DNA of 64,000 nt from contig CAUYUJ010000331.1 of assembly GCA_963575745.1 (NCBI GenBank), positions 1 to 64,000 of the forward strand. The letters are read 5' to 3'. Under the pieces are notes generated by a model that was not told the origin of the DNA, made no database searches, and was given only the letters and a program-made list of their open reading frames with translations. Position numbers and translations under genes: made by a program. How positions within the stretch are numbered: the first letter of the stretch is position 1; every line of letters starts with the position of its first letter. Shown here piece after piece: positions 58,927 to 64,000 of the stretch. The DNA comes from Prorocentrum cordatum (lineage: Eukaryota).

Positions 58927-59973
58927 ATGGCTGCTTCATCAGCTGCTGTTGTCCCCGAGATTTTCGCCATGGATGCCACTGATATGCCCGTTCCAGGAGC
59001 CAAGGAGGAGGAGGTCCCAGAAGGAAAACGTGTCAAAGTTCAGACTGTCGAGGGCCTCGAGGAGGCCATGACTAGGGGCATGGATAAGATCACGGGGCTT
59101 GTAGCATCTCTGGGAGGTAAGATGACTGAGGGCTTCCAGTCTACTCATCGGAGCATCGCGGATCTCGGCACCCAACTCAATGCTCGCGTTGATTCGGTCG
59201 AGAAAAATGCGCAGCAGGCGATGACGGACATAGATGCTATTACTAAGAAGGTGGAGGATCAGAGGCTTCAGATTACTCAGCTCCAGCAGGCTCCTGCAGG
59301 CGGGGCCCCCAGAGCAGGCACCTCTACGACGGCGTCCTCGGCGGAAACTCGTGAGTCCATGCTGAATTTCACTCCGTCATTCGTCGAGCTCAAGGGATTG
59401 GTGACTGACTGGCGGGATGCAGAGAAGCGCCAGGAGGAGATGTTATCACAGCAGGCGTTGAATTCACTCCTGAATGAGGTCCTGGCTGGAGGATGGTTCA
59501 GTGGTGCCAAGGAGCTTCTTGACCTGAACCAATCCAAGAAGTTCAACACAGGTCGAGAGGCATGGGGTTATTCGCGTGCTCGGCTCTATTTCCGGAAAGG
59601 GGTTACCAGTGACCAGCTGTGGGATCTCCGTCGCCGACTCGTCGCCGCGATTGCCGACAACAAACTCCAGCATGCTCCCAGGGCCCGCAAGGTTCACGTG
59701 GAGGCCCCCCCCTGGAAGAAGCCCCATCTGGATGCCGCTGGGATCTTTCAGGCAAAGTTCAAGAGCTTCAAGAAGCATCATTCAAATCTTAGGACTGAGA
59801 CGGGACCACCGATTACGTTCATGTGGGGCTCCAGTGATCACCTACCCCCTCCAGGGAAGATCGTGGCCAAGTTCTCTCTGCAGAATGGCTGGGAGATTAC
59901 TCGTGCAATGAATGAGCTTGAGCCAGGGATCAAAATTGATGAGTTGCGAGCGAGGATTTCCAGTACGAACTAG
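58927..59973 (+). CDS. Intact ORF1 of A4 (348 aa from MAASS): coiled coil + probable RRM/CTD, L1-ORF1p-like layout
   Basis: Continuous frame with a heptad-like segment (LEEAMTRG...LQITQLQQ) followed by FVELKG. The start codon is inferred. Confidence 0.8.
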   Translation: MAASSAAVVPEIFAMDATDMPVPGAKEEEVPEGKRVKVQTVEGLEEAMTRGMDKITGLVASLGGKMTEGFQSTHRSIADLGTQLNARVDSVEKNAQQAMTDIDAITKKVEDQRLQITQLQQAPAGGAPRAGTSTTASSAETRESMLNFTPSFVELKGLVTDWRDAEKRQEEMLSQQALNSLLNEVLAGGWFSGAKELLDLNQSKKFNTGREAWGYSRARLYFRKGVTSDQLWDLRRRLVAAIADNKLQHAPRARKVHVEAPPWKKPHLDAAGIFQAKFKSFKKHHSNLRTETGPPITFMWGSSDHLPPPGKIVAKFSLQNGWEITRAMNELEPGIKIDELRARISSTN

Positions 59974-62900
59974 AGGTGCCACGACACCATTGCGTCATGG
60001 AATGTGCGTCGGGCAGGTGCAGAGAACGGCCATGACATAATTAATTCACTACGTCGCTTAGATGTGGGACTCGCGGGGTTGTGCGAGTGCCAGTTCCTTT
60101 CAGCTCGTGATCTCAACATGCGAGGTTACACAATGTTTCGGAGTACTTGTCGGAAGGCTGCGGTGATCATGTCTAAGTATTGGAGAGACTCGCTCAGGGC
60201 CACATATCGCGGCAAAGGTTTTGTGATTTGTAGTTATTCTAGTGTTACGGTTATTGTTGCATATATGCCGCGTGAGAGTATTCGTACCCTTACGGAAGAA
60301 CAGCATGAACATGATGTGTATGAACAGATATTGTTTGATATATCCCAAGTGCTTCGCACACATAGGTCTAAGTTCCCGAAGCAGCCGCAGGACCTGGTCT
60401 TCCTGACAGATGCTAACGTCGAACTCGAGCCAGATTCGGAGGTCAACGGCTTTAGAGTTACTGGATCAGGGCTTTTGGAGGCGTCTGGGATCGCTGGGGA
60501 TACTACGGAGAGAGATACTGGGATGGAGGAAGGATCGGATGACGGCAACCCGTATATGACTCAAACGAAACGTGGCGCACGCAAAACAAGACCTCATAGG
60601 CTTGTCTCGGGCTTCGAAATCCGACGGGCGTCTAGGCTGCAATCTATGAGGAGGGCCCTACTGGACTTCTGCGGGCTCTGGGGCATAAGGATGGAGAACA
60701 CATTTGGGCAGAGGAGGGTTACTTGCAAATCAAGTACGGGGGTGGAGAAGGTACTCGACTATGTTGGTGTCAGCCGTCGTTTACACAGGCAGGAGCTCAC
60801 TGCAGGCTGGATGCTGCCTGCGGAAGTGGGCCACGCCTGGACGGAGCACCCATGCAGCAGATGCGAGCGTGCGCTGTCTGACCACGCTTGCCTAGTTGTT
60901 CGCTTGTCTTGTGCACCGTCTGCGAAGAGACGGACCCAGCTTGCTCGAAAATTCATCTACTTGCAACCGGCGTCGCAGTTCGAGTTTGCGAAGAACATGG
61001 ACGATCGGGGCAGTCGTCACCGTGCATTGCGCCAGGAAAATGCTGACCCTGAGGATCGACAGGAGATGTTGGACATGATGGGACCTGACCTCATAAAGGC
61101 CGCCGAGGAGACCCCCCAGAAGGATACCAATCCCAGAAATAATGTACCAAAGAAATCCGAGATCCATTGGGCCGCCCAGGAAAGTAAACGCGAAGCACTT
61201 CGTCGCGGGGATAGAGAGGAGGCCAAACGGTGCTCAAAGATAGTGAGGAGAGAAAGGAGGAGGCTGGAGGCAAAAGTGCAGAGGTGGAGGACGGAGATGA
61301 ACACGAGGAGGAGGAGGAGGGCCAAGACGGAGACGCTGATCCTTGCCAACGGGATGGAGTCTCAGAACCGCGAGGAGTGGGGGGACGAGATATTGGGGCA
61401 CATGAAGTCTAAGGTTGAGGACCCCGAGGCCAGGGAGGTGACCCTTCGTGAGCTACAGTCGCTGCGTGGTCTATGTTCGGGAAGCGGGTCCTCGGAGGTG
61501 TTCTCGACGTCGCTCCTGCTGCGGGCGAGGGCGAAGCTGTCCACGGGAAAGGCCCCAGGCCCCGACAACGTCACTGTCATGATGTTGAAACAGCTCTCGC
61601 GGGCATCTCTCCGACGTGTTCTGGTGAGCTTCCAAGGTGTGTATTCCCGCGAGTTATGTTGCCCCGACAGTTGGCGTCAACTAGCTGCCACGCTCATGCC
61701 TGAGGAAATGGACATACAACACTTGACAGATACACGTGTACTATGTCTACAGTCGTGTCTTATGAAATGGTACATGACATGTATTGTGATGATGATTGAG
61801 AAGAGGATTGAGGAGCACCGACACTATGTATGCCTGTACGGATTCAGATCGGGACGAAAAACATCGGAAATCACCAGCGTTGCCAAAAGGCTCAGCCAGC
61901 ACTCCGCTGTCTGGGGCAAAGGAGACAGTTTGTGGCTTGCCAATCTTGATATGTTACAAGCATTCGATAATGTCACCCCGTGCCTCGCCATGCGCTGTCT
62001 TCGCGCTCTTGATATACCAGCCGATATCATTGTGCCGATGATTGAACCCATGATTGATAATCAGTGTGTGGCCAGCTTCGAGGGCATCGAGGCATCTTCA
62101 GCTGTCTATTGGGACAAATCTATTCGAACGGGAGGAGTGGAGGGGCCGATGATTTTTCTAGCAGTATCTATTGTACTCTGGAGAGATGTGATTGGCAGGC
62201 GGAGGCAGGATACGCAGTACGGTATCAAGTTGGAAAATGATGAGCGCATGTTCAACGGTGAGCGTATGACCCACAGTTTCTGGGCAGATAATCTCTTATT
62301 GTATGCGACGACTCGCTCTGACCTCGAGCTGATGGTGCGTGACATGAGTATCCCGCTGATGAATGCAGGAATGACCTGCCGTCTTGTGATCCTCTCTCGG
62401 GGCCCGAGAGGTGGTCCTGCCGCGTGTTCAGTCGTTTGAGATCCTGGGAGCCACTCTGGAGGAAACCTGGAAGGACCACTCGGATTCAGAGGCCATGCTC
62501 CAGAAAGCCCAGAAGGTATTCTTTTGGGAAATCGCCTATTATCGCTGTTCTGGCATTGATTTGGCTGAGGGATTTCCTCGCTATCAAGCTAAAGTGATTG
62601 CTGCATTATTATTCAACTGCGAGGGCCGAACGCCCGACTATTCCACCATTGCTGCTGTTCACCCCTTTGAGGGGAGACGCCTGGCGTTGATGTCAGGTCT
62701 ACGCAAGCGGAGAACTGAAGGATGGTCTGAGTTTCAACGTAGGCGATACAAAGTTGGACGGCAGAGGTTTGTTGAGCTTGGATTTCGAAGTGCGGTGCAG
62801 ATATGGATATTTCGTTGTTGGGATTGGGCCAAGGATGTCTCAGTTGCTGCAAGCATTCGTATGGGGAGGTACACAACACACACAGTGGAGGAGGAGGTGG

Positions 62901-64000
62901 AGACGGTACCAAATCGGCGTCAGAGAAAAACTCGGGCGATGGCGGCGGCGGCGGCTTCTCAAGTATCCCAGATCTCCCAGATGTCGAGTGGGGGTCGTCG
63001 GCGGACAACGGATGATCAGCCTGCCATACCTGAGGAGTCGAACATCTCACGTGAATGGATGATATCTAGGCTGGCCATGCTACATGGAAGGGGGAGGTGG
63101 ACGGAACATCGGGACACATGTATTCTGGCGTTGCCTGCAAAAGATAGGAAGCATCTCACACGCATGAGCATGGGTGCACCCGCCCGTGGACATACTGTAT
63201 GGGATTGGTGTTTGTGCGATCTCTTTGGTTGTGAGTGGTACCTCTCGTTCGACAGCTCCGCTGGGCCCCGCGAGAAATATTGCAAACATCTGCTGACTGT
63301 GATTGGCATGCAACACTTGTTCGAGTTATTTGTTTTACCCAGGCCACCTGGTGTGAGGCACGCGAAGGCGGAGGAGAAGGTGGAGAGAGAGATGAATGAG
63401 AGGATTCGCAAACGTATTGCCGCTAATTTTGAGAATGAAACGGAGTGGAGGTGTGAAAGTATTGAACGTCTTGGGATGGAAATCTTGGGAGATAGTAAGA
63501 CGGTCGTTAACTGGATGTGTGGTGAGTGGCAGATACGTAACAAGCAGTATGTACGACTGGTGGGAACACTACAAAATACTCTATCGATGCTGTATGGATG
63601 GGGGACTGACCTCACCTGCATCGGGACATAATCTGTATAAACATTTCTTTCGCGAGGGCAATGAACGCGCGGGTAGATTGTCGTGGGAGGCCAGAGGTGG
63701 CCAAACTATTACTCGCTGGTTTGCATATGATCAGTTCCTCAGTACTCGTAAGACTGCTCTCCGCGGTGCATTCGATGGGGGTGTCATTAATGAAGGATGT
63801 GGAGGCAAGTGGCGGCTTCAGATTGGCGTAGTAGGTAGGGGTTCCAGCGTGCAGGTTGATTTTCCCATCTCCTCCTCCTCCTCCTCCTCCTCTTCCTCCT
63901 GCATCAGCTCGCAGAGCTTCCATTGGCACGATGTGGCCGAGGAGGCGATGAGCTTGCCTCCAGGTAGCACGGCAACCTGCTGCGAACTAGCTGCCTGCGC
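59974..64000 (+). pseudogene. ORF2 of A4 with a deletion/frameshift near 62377 and a frameshift near 63605
   Basis: Compared with A2, the WKPKSL...IRVLV segment is missing and the frame changes. Confidence 0.9.

Larger units (their letters stand above)
58471..64000 (+). mobile_element. LINE family A, copy A4 (plus strand, runs off window)
   Basis: High similarity to A2 from the 5' UTR through the RNase H region. Confidence 0.95.

Overview
Repeat-rich eukaryotic DNA, probably dinoflagellate-like (inferred from repeat style and a possible spliced-leader relic; not proven). No host gene could be supported. 1-23 kb is compound microsatellite and minisatellite with a few small inverted-repeat elements and a 100-N gap. 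23-64 kb is a nest of composite repeat units carrying a ~175-bp internal satellite. Each unit ends in a GC-rich hairpin followed by C(C/T)AG|T on the minus strand, resembling a Helitron 3' end. The same position in that hairpin is the insertion site of five non-LTR retrotransposon copies from three divergent families (A x3, B, C) and three apparently non-autonomous passengers (D, E1, E2), with TSDs and empty sites visible. A sixth LINE copy (A4) is fused to the target flank on the opposite strand. These LINEs combine several unusual traits: (1) a circularly permuted RNase H at the ORF2 C-terminus; (2) an xADN rather than YADD RT motif; (3) ORF1 and ORF2 in one frame separated by a single TAG plus stem-loop, suggesting readthrough; (4) a 5' end that is an inverted copy of the target flank, which rebuilds the target and allows tandem stacking. 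One passenger has a possible spliced-leader relic at its 5' junction.
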